In this document: positions 32,801 to 40,749 of the stretch, one piece after another | Layout of the letters: each line of letters opens with the position of its first letter | How positions within the stretch are numbered: the first letter of the stretch is position 1 | Source of the DNA: a virus | Direction: 5' to 3' (one strand) | IMG/VR virus record: IMGVR_UViG_3300020182_000012 | Length of the DNA: 64,000 nt | Translations under genes and position numbers: made by a program | The notes under the pieces: generated by a model | Told to the model about the DNA's origin: nothing | Databases searched by the model: none | Seen by the model: only the letters and a program-made list of their open reading frames with translations

Positions 32801-34368
32801 CGGTTAACTGTTAAATAATCTTGCGCAGTTGGTGCATTCAGTGTTGCATCAAAATTGCCTTCATCATATGGATTGGAGTCATATGGCACACTGCTACTAG
32901 CCGTGTACTTCTCAGGAGTAACAAAGTTAGTTGTTAACAACAACTCAATGGAAGTTCCAACTCCCTCGACATAATATTCGTTGTTTTCGTAACTTGCAGG
33001 AACAACCGTTCCAATAAAACGTACCTTAAGACCATTAGTGAACACAACACCATTGGGAGATGTGTAATTTGTTTTCCCAAGTATTTCAGATATGTTTAAA
33101 TCTGCGGCATTCTCTTGATCAACAATGCGTATGATACCAAAATTTGTTTCGTCACTGCCATCTTGATAGTAAAGAATATCAGAGTTAGCAGTAATAAGAG
33201 GTTGGCGCTCCATTGTACCTTCGGCATTTTTATACCAAGTAGCACCAGCATTGTTTGCACCGTATTCAATGTTTGTTTTGCTTAGATTTGCAATACTCTG
33301 ATTAACAGTAAGCTCCATGTACGGACGATCTGGATCTGCATAGTTAAAGTTAATTCTCCATTGCACATATCTTTCAGCATCAGTTGCTATTGGAGTAGAA
33401 TCGTCAAATGGGTTTTCTCCGTATCCGTTTCCTTCTGTGTCAAACGGCGTTTGGATTTCCCAGCCATCGTTGCCAGTGTTTGTTAAAATTAATGTACGAT
33501 TTTCTAAGTCAGAAATTCCGTCAATGCCGCCATTGGCAGCAAGGAATTCGTCAACATACTGATTGTTAATATCAGTAAACTTTAGTGTACCGTCAATTAA
33601 ATCAGTTGCCCCAATATCAGTGAGTGTAAAGTAAAAGTTCTGTGCATCTTTAGCAGGTACATCAAATGTAACAGTACCGGCGTCTTCGCCGTTGTTAGAT
33701 ACGCCTAATACCTGTCTTGACGATTGGTTTGGCTGAGATGGTAATACTCCACTTGTACCTGGAACACTTTGTATCCAAAAGTTGTTACCCGGGCTGTTAA
33801 TATTAAAAGTATAGTTCCCTTCACGTACAAAAGACAACGTAGGTAACGTACCAGCTTCACCGGAGAAGGTGTATCCGTCGTCTGTGTCTTCTACATCAAA
33901 ATCATCTTGTACAGGAATGGAATTTGAAAATACATCAACACTATCTGGTCCACTGGGTACCCAATAGTATTGCCCAAAATTTACATACTTGTCATAATCA
34001 ACAAATGGATCAAAGCTATAATATTCACTGTTAAACAATCTGTCGTGGCGTGAAACATCAGCGCCTTGCATTTTTAAACTGTCAATAATACCTGGATAAG
34101 TGATTGCATTTTCAACTTGATTTGTATTTGGTTTAAGCTGAACAACTCCTGGTTCCATTTGGTAGTTTGTTCTAGTTTCGGTTGGCTCCAGCACATAATT
34201 GTCACTGGCAGTAACACCAGGGCCGATTTTGCGCCCAATATAACCTTGTGTTGGTTTTAATTTTGGGTTTTGGTACAGTTGGTCTAGTGTAGTTCGCAGC
34301 AATTGTTTGTTTGTAGGTGTTTGAAAAATTTCTGGAAGAAACTGCTCAGAACGAATTCTTTTAGCCAT
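20863..34368 (-). CDS. Giant 4501-aa baseplate wedge/adhesin-like virion protein
   Basis: Uninterrupted ORF after the gp6-like gene; IKPYH and NGGSGYT motifs of phage structural proteins; seven FG-GAP-like repeats; Ig-like segments. Confidence 0.8.
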   Translation of the reverse strand: MAKRIRSEQFLPEIFQTPTNKQLLRTTLDQLYQNPKLKPTQGYIGRKIGPGVTASDNYVLEPTETRTNYQMEPGVVQLKPNTNQVENAITYPGIIDSLKMQGADVSRHDRLFNSEYYSFDPFVDYDKYVNFGQYYWVPSGPDSVDVFSNSIPVQDDFDVEDTDDGYTFSGEAGTLPTLSFVREGNYTFNINSPGNNFWIQSVPGTSGVLPSQPNQSSRQVLGVSNNGEDAGTVTFDVPAKDAQNFYFTLTDIGATDLIDGTLKFTDINNQYVDEFLAANGGIDGISDLENRTLILTNTGNDGWEIQTPFDTEGNGYGENPFDDSTPIATDAERYVQWRINFNYADPDRPYMELTVNQSIANLSKTNIEYGANNAGATWYKNAEGTMERQPLITANSDILYYQDGSDETNFGIIRIVDQENAADLNISEILGKTNYTSPNGVVFTNGLKVRFIGTVVPASYENNEYYVEGVGTSIELLLTTNFVTPEKYTASSSVPYDSNPYDEGNFDATLNAPTAQDYLTVNRASIDRNAWSRSNRWFHIDVLDATATYNNVPLTINNDNRAKRPILEFRKNLKLFNAGTEGINSIDIIDFSETDAFSNINGTIGYSIDGYSLISGSQVIFAADADPEVRNKIYEVQFVELTPGATPIIDLQPASLTTPDVPANTTTVVMSGNTQQGKAYWFNGTNWISAQQKTKVNQAPLFDIFDSNGYSYSDITVYPSSTFVGTKLFSYAVGSGATDTIIEQPLKYATIANVGDIVFDNNLYVDTFVYVNGTVSVTKTIDEGTVRQYNTRTTFDKLLGWQTSFTKTVQRQSFSFEYNAAPLVLDVQVIADTSLIPVKVYVEGQFVLPEDYTYATNVDNTTTITFNTDKQPAVDAIVEVQVISDTESGVAFYTIPVNLESNALNENSNGFTLGTIRKHYESICQNLENFSGKIHGANNVRDLGNVVPFGGLILQQSAPLSMMTNFINGRDFEFFRALEFNATEYNKTKNKILNYVAQNDWQSKTTAEILDDTLDAINSGKNQLSPFYWTDAIPSGPVFELTTYTVSAITTNVFDTLYSYNMFAANYAGILVYHTPKSTGIETILIGNGHDYTVAADGPRITINTENVTLATGDIISIREYTSTSGSYVPATPSMMGMYEIFKPEKFEDTTYVEPQQVIRGHDGSITIAWDEGDFRNDVLLEFEKRVYNNIKISAESRKTLPISAADVIPGQFRTTNYSLATINSMLAVSFLSWAGGNRVPYKNQDYIATNEFTWNYSNSTNRLSGDSLLGGWRAIYFQLYDTDSPDTRPWEMLGLSEKPSWWETRYGPAPYTSGNLVLWEDLAAGRVADPIAPYVLPDYVRPGLLNVIPTDSQGRLLSPFDSVVGNYDQNSFKKSWVTGDMGPAETAWRRSSYYPFAIQRLLALTKPADYFSLYSDRDAWNYNAVFGQYLLNNRFRLNASQIGIYGNGSIKNSYINFIVDYNRVTGLDSTTLLTDKLANIDVRLCYRMAAFSDQNYLKIFSEKSSPNSLNASLLLPDESYQLFLYQNPSFSEIQYSSVIVQRTTTGYTVSGYSTTKPYFSILESVPSGNFNRMTVNGETFRVANTYSNNVITVPYGYEFTSKNGVVDFLVSYGKLLESQGMAFESREDTVILNWDQMAQEFLYWAGQAWIAGSLINLNPAANVLKLEQPNSVVESLKNENINDVLLDQNYTPLTTNEYAVERLDNELKLVGLNNQTFSYLNARFTSYEHIIVFDNVSIFNDLVYEPKTAARQSRLLLNGYTVYDWNGTLDAQGFILNEDNIKPWVPNQAYTKGQIVFYKNSYWSAVELLAPTEKFDFSKWIKSDYSKIQKGLLPNLSSKASGLQENYDIHTANLEDDATLLGMGLIGFRPRQYMQNLNLDDISQAGLYSQFLGTKGTLQAAEVFKSANLGKEQAEYEIFENWAIQRGLYGASANRSYYELQLDESKLLGNPTTIGVVNAGETSTANQTVLVNNLYKQSYKITDPDILPTVSQIPQDVGLPSAGYVNYDDVDIKVFDYNDLTNVILNMEKVTVGTNVWVAKDNRYNWNIYRTNLVNANVVRVFDNLNGTCTVTFDVNHGLLAADRLVIKYFNNNVDGAYIVKSVTGLKTLVLDLVLLGNTTDVTGNGRAFVLESVRVAQPADIANLSFVNDILPTNEVWVDNNGNDNWEVLEKINPFGEPSDLASPTTEMNSRFGTAIAQGLRNQGLIVGAPGFNSGVGAINAYNSGEGVYVETSTISPATTGFSGFGSSLAVGDFDWAIVGAPASDSNKGYAVAINRNPTNGSYRQTQIFVGAAGTPEHGHGVAISRDERWMYISSPATNEIDAYNLVDVQNQAKEYTGDSTTTRFAITPDIVISDQTQIGVTVNNINKPVGGDWVLETVSGVTYVTFNAALNNGDALRITRLQGFTDNNAVAKTTFDTSMLYTVSDIYSFAVYVNNVLQRPTIDYTLVGDDVVLTSPATGTVVINSKNYWKHIDTFTVSGIVGGARLGQSISTTTDGRQIMVGAPDDTVGSDTLAGTVHIMDRSVERFQVTDATVKTYTVTDTPNGPVSVTVNGNYLIPTNNFNNPQFSVAGNVITIGTTANPVTLNVGDIIEIETNTFRLMQSIQSTAPGASYNFGSVVKNCPTNCSLYVGVPNDSAIKPEAGSVERWANQSRLFGTITGTIANPVLTVGNSIRINNYYVVLTGTTVASLVSDINDANIPNITAIDNAGKLLLTLQNVAAGDEFIKLQVLPGAGTAYADLGIEQMVFAQQITSPIVQAYGHFGTSASISNNALTLVVGAPDSTAIMATTFDAATTDFDSGSTPFNDPVTQSGVAITYDFLNAANPSITNFGKFVFGQQIFDTTINSLDKFGSAVDYRNGTLLVGAPNNDLDDSTDLNSGRTIQVINAKKELAWKIVYKQEPVVNTALLNSVFLYDKRSNDVTNYLDFIDPLNGKILGAAQANINYTGGVDPAAYNTGEVNNFGSQWNSNHLGEMWWDLSTVRFIDYHQDTIEYKARRWGQLFEGSVVDVYQWTENTVPPSEYTGTGTVYSTTSYTMTSVLDSAGTFVTYYYYWVKGITSVSPGKTLSAAGVTQYIENPRSSGISYAAAITPSTTALYNCNSFISAKDTILHIEFDKIANTDNVHAEYDLVTVGNPSSFLGASLYRKLLDSFCGEDTLGNIVPDATLSAADEYGVNFRPRQSMFKDRFLALDNYLSRANKIMALYPITDSKKFDLLNSEEPEPTKDSGAWDKRIATYAELTYQDLRQVPVGYIYLVASDSTQQGLWTTYTVQADKSLLLSRVQTYDTKLYWSYVDWVAVGYDASISPKTEVAVYSDLLALTPVNGQTVKVTANSFGKSEIYQWTSASNEWVRVQLTDGTVAINNTIWDYSIGRFGFDTEVFDAQRFDQAPNTETRQILKALNQEIFTTDLEIHRNELLIQTFEFIITEQTAPDWLFKTSLIDVSHKIRDLLPYPIYKRDNQDFVSDYIDEIKPYHVQIREFNLRYEGIDSYNGSATDFDVPAYYDELRQGFISPILDNNTDNPMSLSSFPSTDPIWKTWPYSQWISNYLLELSSVTVINGGSGYTVPPQVIVTGDADTQATMEAKVNSAGQLISVTVLTPGSGYTTTPIITISGGNGVGATAIAVLAPSLVRDIVTTIKYDRITYNSQVVDWQANTVYTANELVRYPVPTVGTVATTQAKVYQVIADFTSTSTFDPDNYTIVDPSTLDGADRTIGMYTPTPSDPGRELAQLMTGIDYPGVQVQGPDFDQNTGFDVGNYDINPFDNIEFGPEGLPTYSAEILDVIYESSFTDSYLGIRATDINVEGGEFIDTYSSHAPEELVPGSEFDTLDLKVYTRPGSDWSNNGHGFSIKGVSVEYTGVGTTVSFAGLIQHPIELEVYNELSGQNVDPSSYTINWVTKVITLNSGNVGDVFNVQIYGLGGGSQLYKESFVGNTITNATQQINVAYTEIAEMVVFVNGALFTNYTYAASGSFATDVTFNTQPTSTDWVTIVALGVTTPTQLSWSAPQIQRFTHDGSTSQYALTNSLQGTNIVNMLVERDGLRLRAPEGIEYTSDGSSLGPYYLSTTGKTNQGLIADNDVIVYVDNVQQNLAVDWTLSEFDGSSDRYVEFNANAQPADGAKILIAVTTEADYTIVNTNDLLLRVGAIPDTPFTVYTFNDTSEQSIITKVYQGPTTEGATTSIAFDENDYDDGPFDYTIGISIETNNFALGRLVTNPERIFVSLNGKYLRNGVDFELSTGTDGLSVLTVNGSILGPIDVLIVTIFTMSVVPDSLNFRIFQDMLGNQKILKLNTGNTTELTSALAIDDDVVYVKDASKLSAPNLESNIFGQMIVGAERITYRSRDLSNNTVSGLRRGVAGTGAMAHVSGVSVSDVGLAQQLPSTYQQKTTTDKTNIGDGSTTTFIGSGIVVPSTVDSTELDEAVRVSVGGAELINTVDYTVTQVDATQVEVTLTTAPADGVEIDISIVNGNVMYKQGNNTASNGIALQDQTTVAALFLKDQG

Positions 34369-34371
34369 AGT

Positions 34372-37300
34372 TTATACTACTCCGCTGTTGGTTGCTGTAC
34401 GTAATTGACTGCTAGTCAATGCGCTAATAACTTCAACATCGTTAACTGTTGCTGCATTAACAAAAATTTCATTTGGTTGGCTGCGAATTTCGTATAAGTC
34501 TCCGAATGATTTTGAAGGATCTGTAGGCACAAGTACTACAGTAGAAATAATACTGCCTAATTGATCATGCAAGTATGCAGTAAGCTCCGAGAAGAAGAAT
34601 GTATCTCCAAAATCCCAATTTTCGATAGTAAAATATTGATTCATTGCAGTAATAACTTGACTTTTAATTTCACTAATACTCACTGTACTATTTGGATTTT
34701 TAATACATTTAACTGTTGCCCTCAACTCAGGGTCTGACTTGGTGCCAAACAACGGTTTAAAAGACACACTGTTTAAAATAATATTGTCGGAAATCATTTT
34801 ATATTCATTTAATTTGCTATAACTTGTTGTTAGTTCGTCAATTGTGGGCTGTGACGGTTCTTTAACAGTTCCGGTGCTGTCTTTAACATAGTTTTGATAT
34901 GCAGTATAATATGCATCAGTTACTAGATATATGTCGATGATGTTGGTTGTGCCTGGATCAATTCTTCTACTCAACGGAGCATTGTGTCTGTACTGGAAGT
35001 ACAAGTCTTGGCGACCAGTATATACTACGTAACCCAATGCTTGCGTTATTGTACGAACACCATCATATGCAACTGTTAACATGTAAAATAGTTTGTCAGT
35101 GTATGCATAAAACACTTGCTTGTCTGCAAATTCACTTTTAACTAATTCAATTGCATCTTTGGTTGCATATTGCCCATTAACAACCCCGCTTGCTAGTGGA
35201 ATATATCTTTCTAAATTATCAAAATCAACAGTTTTTTGTAGATACACCCGTTTGTTGTTAGGGTTTGTAGTAGGCGCAACTAATGTTTCAAAGTAATCTG
35301 GATTGTCCGGAATACCGTCATTGTCTGAATCTTTGTAACTAATTCTAACACGGAAATCATCAACAAAGCCGTCTGTTTCGGCTGGCTGCCCAACAATGTC
35401 AAGTACCTCATCACTGTTTAATGTTGAACTAGAATCAGGTTGATTATTTGTTTTTAGCACATTAATAAAATCATTGATAACTGTGCCAGTTTTTGGATCG
35501 TAAACTTTTTGTGTACCATCATAGAAGAAGCGAGTTTCTAGCACACTAGCCCAGAAGCGTTCCAAGCTTCTTGAAGTTACAGTGTATGTAACACCATCTG
35601 TTTCAAATGCAACCAACCAACTGTTGTCTAAATTTGCACCACTTGTATCTTGCGCATTAGCAAGACTGAAAGTTGTACTGTTATCTAAGTTAGTTGATGT
35701 AATAACATACCACGTCTCAGTAAGATTGTTGTACCCTAAACCAAATGCTCTGTACAATTCAATTTGTTCACGCATGGTTTGCTCTAATGTAGTAGGCAAA
35801 TCAGTAACAAAGTTTGTAATTACTTGCACTGGTACAGCGTTTGTTGGAATAAAGTTGTTAAGAGTTACAGGTCCTGTTCCGTCTGTGTTGTTACCGACCC
35901 CAAAGTTTGTGCCGTCGAGCTCAAGTTGCGTAACTGTTGCCCAAAGCACCATTTTATCACCGGGCTGTGTCGGGCTACCGGTAGCCAGTCTATTAAATTT
36001 ATTAAAATATTGCCCAGCTGGTGGTACAAACTTAACTAGACCACCTTGTGAAATGTATTTTTTATTATCAGACGCTTGTGGCCCAACTGGCGCCGGGGCG
36101 TTAGTAGCAGCAAATCTAAAATAACCTGTTGTTTCGTTGTTAGCTGTTGTACTTTGATTCCAGTTAAGATTCAAACTAGTTAAATCTGGGCGATTAAAGT
36201 TTTGATAATAAAACTCTTGCATACCTCGACTGGATAACAAAGGTTCTACTTGGTTAACAATAACACTGCTAATATCATTCTGATCAATAAACGTAAATGT
36301 AAAACCTGGAGTATCAGTGGTTTCGTAGATCAATCCATCACTTGCAAACACGTTAGTTGAGCTATACTTTCCGGTGATGTCAACCAAGTCTAAGTAGCGA
36401 CTTGTACCAATAGAACTCCTGTTAACTGCCTTTGATTTAATAATGGTGTTGTACAATGTAAACGGGAAGTTGTTGTAATCTTCACCATTGACCATTCTAT
36501 TTTGTGTGTAAAATCTAGCAGGTGCACGTTGCTTGATTTGGTTAATGCTTTCTCTGTTAGTTGCGTTGCTCACTGGTTGCGTTAGTGCACATGTCATTGA
36601 CAATGTTTCGTTGCGGCCAGTTCTGCTTATGTAGCTAACAGAAATAACAATGTTTTGCATTTCGTCGGTGTTGATAACATAGTTCAAACCATTTGATGCT
36701 CTAACATAAGATCTAAATGTACCAACTGGGATAGACGAAAATACTCCGTCACCAAAGTTTAAATTAATCTGATCATTTGTTCTTGATGTAATAGTGAAAT
36801 ATCTACGCTGTTCCGGAGTAAGTTGTTCAACTGCACCTGTGTACAAGTTTTCTACAAAATCCCATTCGTCGCTAACAGCACCAGTTGAATCTATTTCATA
36901 CAACCAAACATCTTCATTGTTGATACCTTCAATGTTTACGTTAACCACTCTATTACTAATACGCTCTCCCAAGTTAAAAGGATAATCAGTTAGCGATCCT
37001 TGTTTAAACATAAAGAAGAACCCTGTATTGGCACTAGCGTACCCTTGTTTATCATTTCTGTACAACATATTAAATGCACCATTGGGTTTCGGCGCAGGTT
37101 CGTATAGGTAATCTTTGTCTAGCGAAGTTGAGCTAACGGCTTCAAATACCATGTTAGTACCATTAACTGTTGATGAAAATGGTACCACCGGGAGAAACCC
37201 AGGTGCAAGATTGATCTGATATTCGTCATTTTGCACACCAAGAATAGTTTGGCTGTTGCCAGGATTACCAAATCGTTGGCTACCGTTCAGCACACTGTTA

Positions 37301-37779
37301 ACAATTACGGTGAATTGCTCTAGCCAGTTTGGATTAGTAGTATCGTTCCAGTTAACTGTGACATTAGACAAGTTAACACCAGTAAAATCAACTATGTCCT
37401 CGGTGCTGCTAATACTTTGTATTTTTAAAAAGCCTTGTGCCGCTGTATTACGTTTAGGAGTGTAACTTACCAATTCGGCTAGTTTTGTCACACTGTCTCT
37501 ACGTTCTGCAGTGTCAAGGAAGTTCTCTCTTGTGTTCAGGTCATTGCGAAAGCTGCCTGCTTGTCCCATAAATGCCATAACATCAAGGAGGGCAATAAAT
37601 TCCGAACTTTCAATATAGTCGTTAAAGCTTTCTGGGTAATTCAGACGTATGTAGTCAATGAAACTTTTTCTTAATGTTTCAAAGTCATAGCTTTGAAAGT
37701 CAGCTTCGCGATAGGTTTGGTAAATTCGTTTCCAATCCTCAACGCCGAATATACTGGTTTGTCTAGTTGTTTTTGCCAT
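34372..37779 (-). CDS. gp6: Baseplate wedge subunit, gp6-like
   Basis: DFETLR..FNDYIESSE..RENFLDTAERRDSV..LAELVSY.P.R; FGDG; ESINQIK..AP..TQNRMVNGEDY. Confidence 0.85.
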   Translation of the reverse strand: MAKTTRQTSIFGVEDWKRIYQTYREADFQSYDFETLRKSFIDYIRLNYPESFNDYIESSEFIALLDVMAFMGQAGSFRNDLNTRENFLDTAERRDSVTKLAELVSYTPKRNTAAQGFLKIQSISSTEDIVDFTGVNLSNVTVNWNDTTNPNWLEQFTVIVNSVLNGSQRFGNPGNSQTILGVQNDEYQINLAPGFLPVVPFSSTVNGTNMVFEAVSSTSLDKDYLYEPAPKPNGAFNMLYRNDKQGYASANTGFFFMFKQGSLTDYPFNLGERISNRVVNVNIEGINNEDVWLYEIDSTGAVSDEWDFVENLYTGAVEQLTPEQRRYFTITSRTNDQINLNFGDGVFSSIPVGTFRSYVRASNGLNYVINTDEMQNIVISVSYISRTGRNETLSMTCALTQPVSNATNRESINQIKQRAPARFYTQNRMVNGEDYNNFPFTLYNTIIKSKAVNRSSIGTSRYLDLVDITGKYSSTNVFASDGLIYETTDTPGFTFTFIDQNDISSVIVNQVEPLLSSRGMQEFYYQNFNRPDLTSLNLNWNQSTTANNETTGYFRFAATNAPAPVGPQASDNKKYISQGGLVKFVPPAGQYFNKFNRLATGSPTQPGDKMVLWATVTQLELDGTNFGVGNNTDGTGPVTLNNFIPTNAVPVQVITNFVTDLPTTLEQTMREQIELYRAFGLGYNNLTETWYVITSTNLDNSTTFSLANAQDTSGANLDNSWLVAFETDGVTYTVTSRSLERFWASVLETRFFYDGTQKVYDPKTGTVINDFINVLKTNNQPDSSSTLNSDEVLDIVGQPAETDGFVDDFRVRISYKDSDNDGIPDNPDYFETLVAPTTNPNNKRVYLQKTVDFDNLERYIPLASGVVNGQYATKDAIELVKSEFADKQVFYAYTDKLFYMLTVAYDGVRTITQALGYVVYTGRQDLYFQYRHNAPLSRRIDPGTTNIIDIYLVTDAYYTAYQNYVKDSTGTVKEPSQPTIDELTTSYSKLNEYKMISDNIILNSVSFKPLFGTKSDPELRATVKCIKNPNSTVSISEIKSQVITAMNQYFTIENWDFGDTFFFSELTAYLHDQLGSIISTVVLVPTDPSKSFGDLYEIRSQPNEIFVNAATVNDVEVISALTSSQLRTATNSGVV

Positions 37780-37799
37780 GTTTATCTATCCTTGGCAAG

Positions 37800-37807
37800 T
37801 ATTTATG
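37800..37807 (-). promoter_or_regulatory. Late promoter-like box CATAAATA
   Basis: Intergenic, upstream of the AAGGA RBS of the gp6-like gene. Confidence 0.7.
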
Positions 37808-37827
37808 ATACTAATAAACTGGGTAGT

Positions 37828-38208
37828 TTATACGTCTGAAAATGCTGCACGTTGCTGGTTTTGATCGAAGAAAATAGACAGCATTTCAGCATCCTGTCCT
37901 TGTACTGTTTGTACTTCTAGTTCAACTAATAATCCGTTTTCTTGTGCATAAACATTAATGTCACTAATAGCTATCCTAGGATCTTGTGCAACCACTCGCT
38001 GAATTTCAGTTATCACTTGCTGAGAGGTGCTGGCATTTTGTGGTTCATATATTAAACTCCACATGGTTGTACCCACATTTGGACGACCCGGCATTTCGCC
38101 TTGTCGTATGTTCAATGCGTTTAACAAGTCACGCTTGATCAGTGCAAAGTCAGTGACCGTATATGACTTGTATTTGTCGATTGTGCTGTATCCGATAAAT
38201 GTTGGCAT
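37828..38208 (-). CDS. gp25: Baseplate wedge subunit, gp25-like
   Basis: IKRDLLNAL..RQGE.P.RP.VG..WSLIYEP..DPRI (GPW/gp25 pattern). Confidence 0.85.
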   Translation of the reverse strand: MPTFIGYSTIDKYKSYTVTDFALIKRDLLNALNIRQGEMPGRPNVGTTMWSLIYEPQNASTSQQVITEIQRVVAQDPRIAISDINVYAQENGLLVELEVQTVQGQDAEMLSIFFDQNQQRAAFSDV

Positions 38209-38223
38209 ATTGTATTTATTGTC

Positions 38224-40728
38224 CTATGATAGTCTAGTTCGTAAGCTGTCAATTACAGTGTCGGCATTGCCGCCCCGGCCTGCTGCCATTAGTTTTAATG
38301 CTGTTTGATAGTCTTGAACAGTTTGAGGCAATGTTTTTACTGTTGCATTTTGTACTTTAAATGAGCCGACAACTGATGTAATTGCATTGTCGATCCCAGC
38401 TCTATTAGCAGTGTTTGCTATTCCTTCAACTATTGTGTTGTTAGCGAATGCAGGAAACGAATACGAGCCACCTCCGCTAAAAAGCCCAGAAAATCCGCCA
38501 AACAAGCCGCCTCCGCCAAACACATTACCAAGAGATGGAATGTTTGCTAGACTAGCAACATTGCTAAGATCAACTGTTTGCAGAACTGAACTCAATCTTG
38601 TTGTTGTAAATCCTTGCAATACATCAGGTATTTTTTCTGCTATCATATCGACTGCAAACTTGCCCCCTTGTACTATCGAGTCCATATCCAAACTAGTAAT
38701 TTTACTACTGTTGATACCAGCAAGGGTGTCTCCAATAATTGCAGCTCCATCAACCCATTTAGCAACTGCAGGTGCGCCAAACTTGGCAGCGCCTTGCACT
38801 AGCCCGGCAAGATCAGATGCATTTTCTAAACCAGTTACTACACCAAGATTCTGCAATTCACTAAGTCCCAAGTTTAATAGATCAGTTTGTGTGTTGTCTT
38901 GTAAACTTGTGTTTTCTAGAAAGCTGTTAACATTGCTAACACCGTTTAAACCCGTCCACACACTGCTATTATTTAGAACAGATTCAAGAGATGTAGTTGG
39001 ATCGTTGAGGAAGAACGCCGAAGTTCCTGGCTTCAAGTATCCAGATTTTTCTAATTGATCAGCACTAAGCCCATACTTGCCAACCCCTAATGTGTTTGAA
39101 ATTACATCACTTGCCTGAGGCACTTGCAAACTTGCCTGTGATAGCATGCTTCGCACAGTTGCTGGGTCTAGTTTACCAACTGCGGTATCGGTGCTGGGTT
39201 GCACTTCGTAGTCTGATACTGTGATTTTTGGAATATCAACAGCACTAGCACGATTAATAACATCTTGCGTTGCGTTTGATACTGGCACTTCGCTTGCGCC
39301 GCCAGCTAATGACGTAGTAAAGTTAACACCTGTTCCGTGGAAGGGGTATGGCTCGTGTGTAGGTGCTCTACTAGCCACTGTTTCGATTGCATTTGCTTCA
39401 ACTGTCCAACCCACACCGTCAGTGAACACAGTGTTCGGTAATTTATTTTTAGGAATGTCTTGCGGGGTTGGAACATCGCTAGCTGCCCCGCTGTTTAGCT
39501 TGATAGGCTTACCTGTTAGAGTTAAGCTTTTACTATTCCAAGAGCCATTTTTTGATTTCAGTGCAAGATTGCCGTCACTTTTAATACCAACTTGTTTTTT
39601 ACTGTAAAGCAACAAGTTGTCAGTTGCATTTAAACTCAATGCCTTGGTTTCAAGCCCCATAGCAACTTTGGCAAACATCTTGATGCTACCTTCTTCGCTG
39701 TTGAGATTAATATCACCAGCTGCATGCATGTTGATTTCACCTTGACTACGAATATTAACACTGTTTGATGCATAAACGTCAATTGTGCCTTCTTTTCCTA
39801 GTTCTACCCAAGACTGACCATTGGCATGCATTATGTGAATGCTCTCTCCGGTGTCGTTTAGCATGATTTGATGACCTGAAGATGTGCGCACTCGCAGCAA
39901 TTGGTCTTGCTCTTGAAGATCGCCATCGTCCATTACAATGCTGTGCCCGCCAAGTCTTGACACTACTATAGCTTCGTTGGCCTGCACTTGACCACTTGCA
40001 ATTTTTTTTGCCATTTCAGCAGGAGTAAATCCTCCCTGGAACACAGGTCGACCCGGGGTACTCCATCCGTATACTGTGCTAGGAGATTCACGCTGTGAGT
40101 TACTAGTAATAGGTCCTCGCAGTGGATCGCTGATAACACCTTGATCCAGCATTTGTCCAGCTAACACACTGTGAACCGGTTTTGTCTCTTCGAAGAATCT
40201 TGGATTTTCGGCTATAGCAGGGTTACTGTTGTTTACTTCAGTTACTGGCAACTGTTTTGCATTAGCAAAATACGGACTATTTGTATCGTCGACATATTTT
40301 TTACTTGCGCCAATAGCTGGCATCATATGATTGATACCTGGCTCAATGGGTGCACCGATATAATACCCTTCGTTAGGATCGCCATTTGCAAAGAAACAAA
40401 TAACCTTAGTACCAATGTCTGGCGTTGTTCCCCAGAAGCCGTAGCTTTGTTGATTGCCTACAAATTTACCTGGGCCAGTTTTTGACGGAACACTTTGTTG
40501 AGTGTTGCCGTACATAGGAGAAATATAACTAACAGTTCGCCAGAGACTTTTTTCGGTTTTATCTGGGCCAGCAAGATACTCAATGTAAACTTGCAATCGA
40601 CCACTACGGGTAGGATCAACATTGTTAACCACTTCGCCAATAAACGGGCCAGTTTCTGCCGGGGCGCCACCTTTGCCAGTTTTAAAGGATCTTGATGTGC
40701 CTGTACTTCGTTGATAGTTTTCTACCAT
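38224..40728 (-). CDS. gp5: Baseplate hub/spike protein, gp5/VgrG-like
   Basis: GEVVNNVDPTRSGRLQV..PDIGTKVICFF.NGD (gp5 OB fold); GH..MDD..RTSSGHQIMLND beta-helix repeats. Confidence 0.8.
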   Translation of the reverse strand: MVENYQRSTGTSRSFKTGKGGAPAETGPFIGEVVNNVDPTRSGRLQVYIEYLAGPDKTEKSLWRTVSYISPMYGNTQQSVPSKTGPGKFVGNQQSYGFWGTTPDIGTKVICFFANGDPNEGYYIGAPIEPGINHMMPAIGASKKYVDDTNSPYFANAKQLPVTEVNNSNPAIAENPRFFEETKPVHSVLAGQMLDQGVISDPLRGPITSNSQRESPSTVYGWSTPGRPVFQGGFTPAEMAKKIASGQVQANEAIVVSRLGGHSIVMDDGDLQEQDQLLRVRTSSGHQIMLNDTGESIHIMHANGQSWVELGKEGTIDVYASNSVNIRSQGEINMHAAGDINLNSEEGSIKMFAKVAMGLETKALSLNATDNLLLYSKKQVGIKSDGNLALKSKNGSWNSKSLTLTGKPIKLNSGAASDVPTPQDIPKNKLPNTVFTDGVGWTVEANAIETVASRAPTHEPYPFHGTGVNFTTSLAGGASEVPVSNATQDVINRASAVDIPKITVSDYEVQPSTDTAVGKLDPATVRSMLSQASLQVPQASDVISNTLGVGKYGLSADQLEKSGYLKPGTSAFFLNDPTTSLESVLNNSSVWTGLNGVSNVNSFLENTSLQDNTQTDLLNLGLSELQNLGVVTGLENASDLAGLVQGAAKFGAPAVAKWVDGAAIIGDTLAGINSSKITSLDMDSIVQGGKFAVDMIAEKIPDVLQGFTTTRLSSVLQTVDLSNVASLANIPSLGNVFGGGGLFGGFSGLFSGGGSYSFPAFANNTIVEGIANTANRAGIDNAITSVVGSFKVQNATVKTLPQTVQDYQTALKLMAAGRGGNADTVIDSLRTRLS

Positions 40729-40749
40729 CTATAGTGTTCCTTTAATTTA

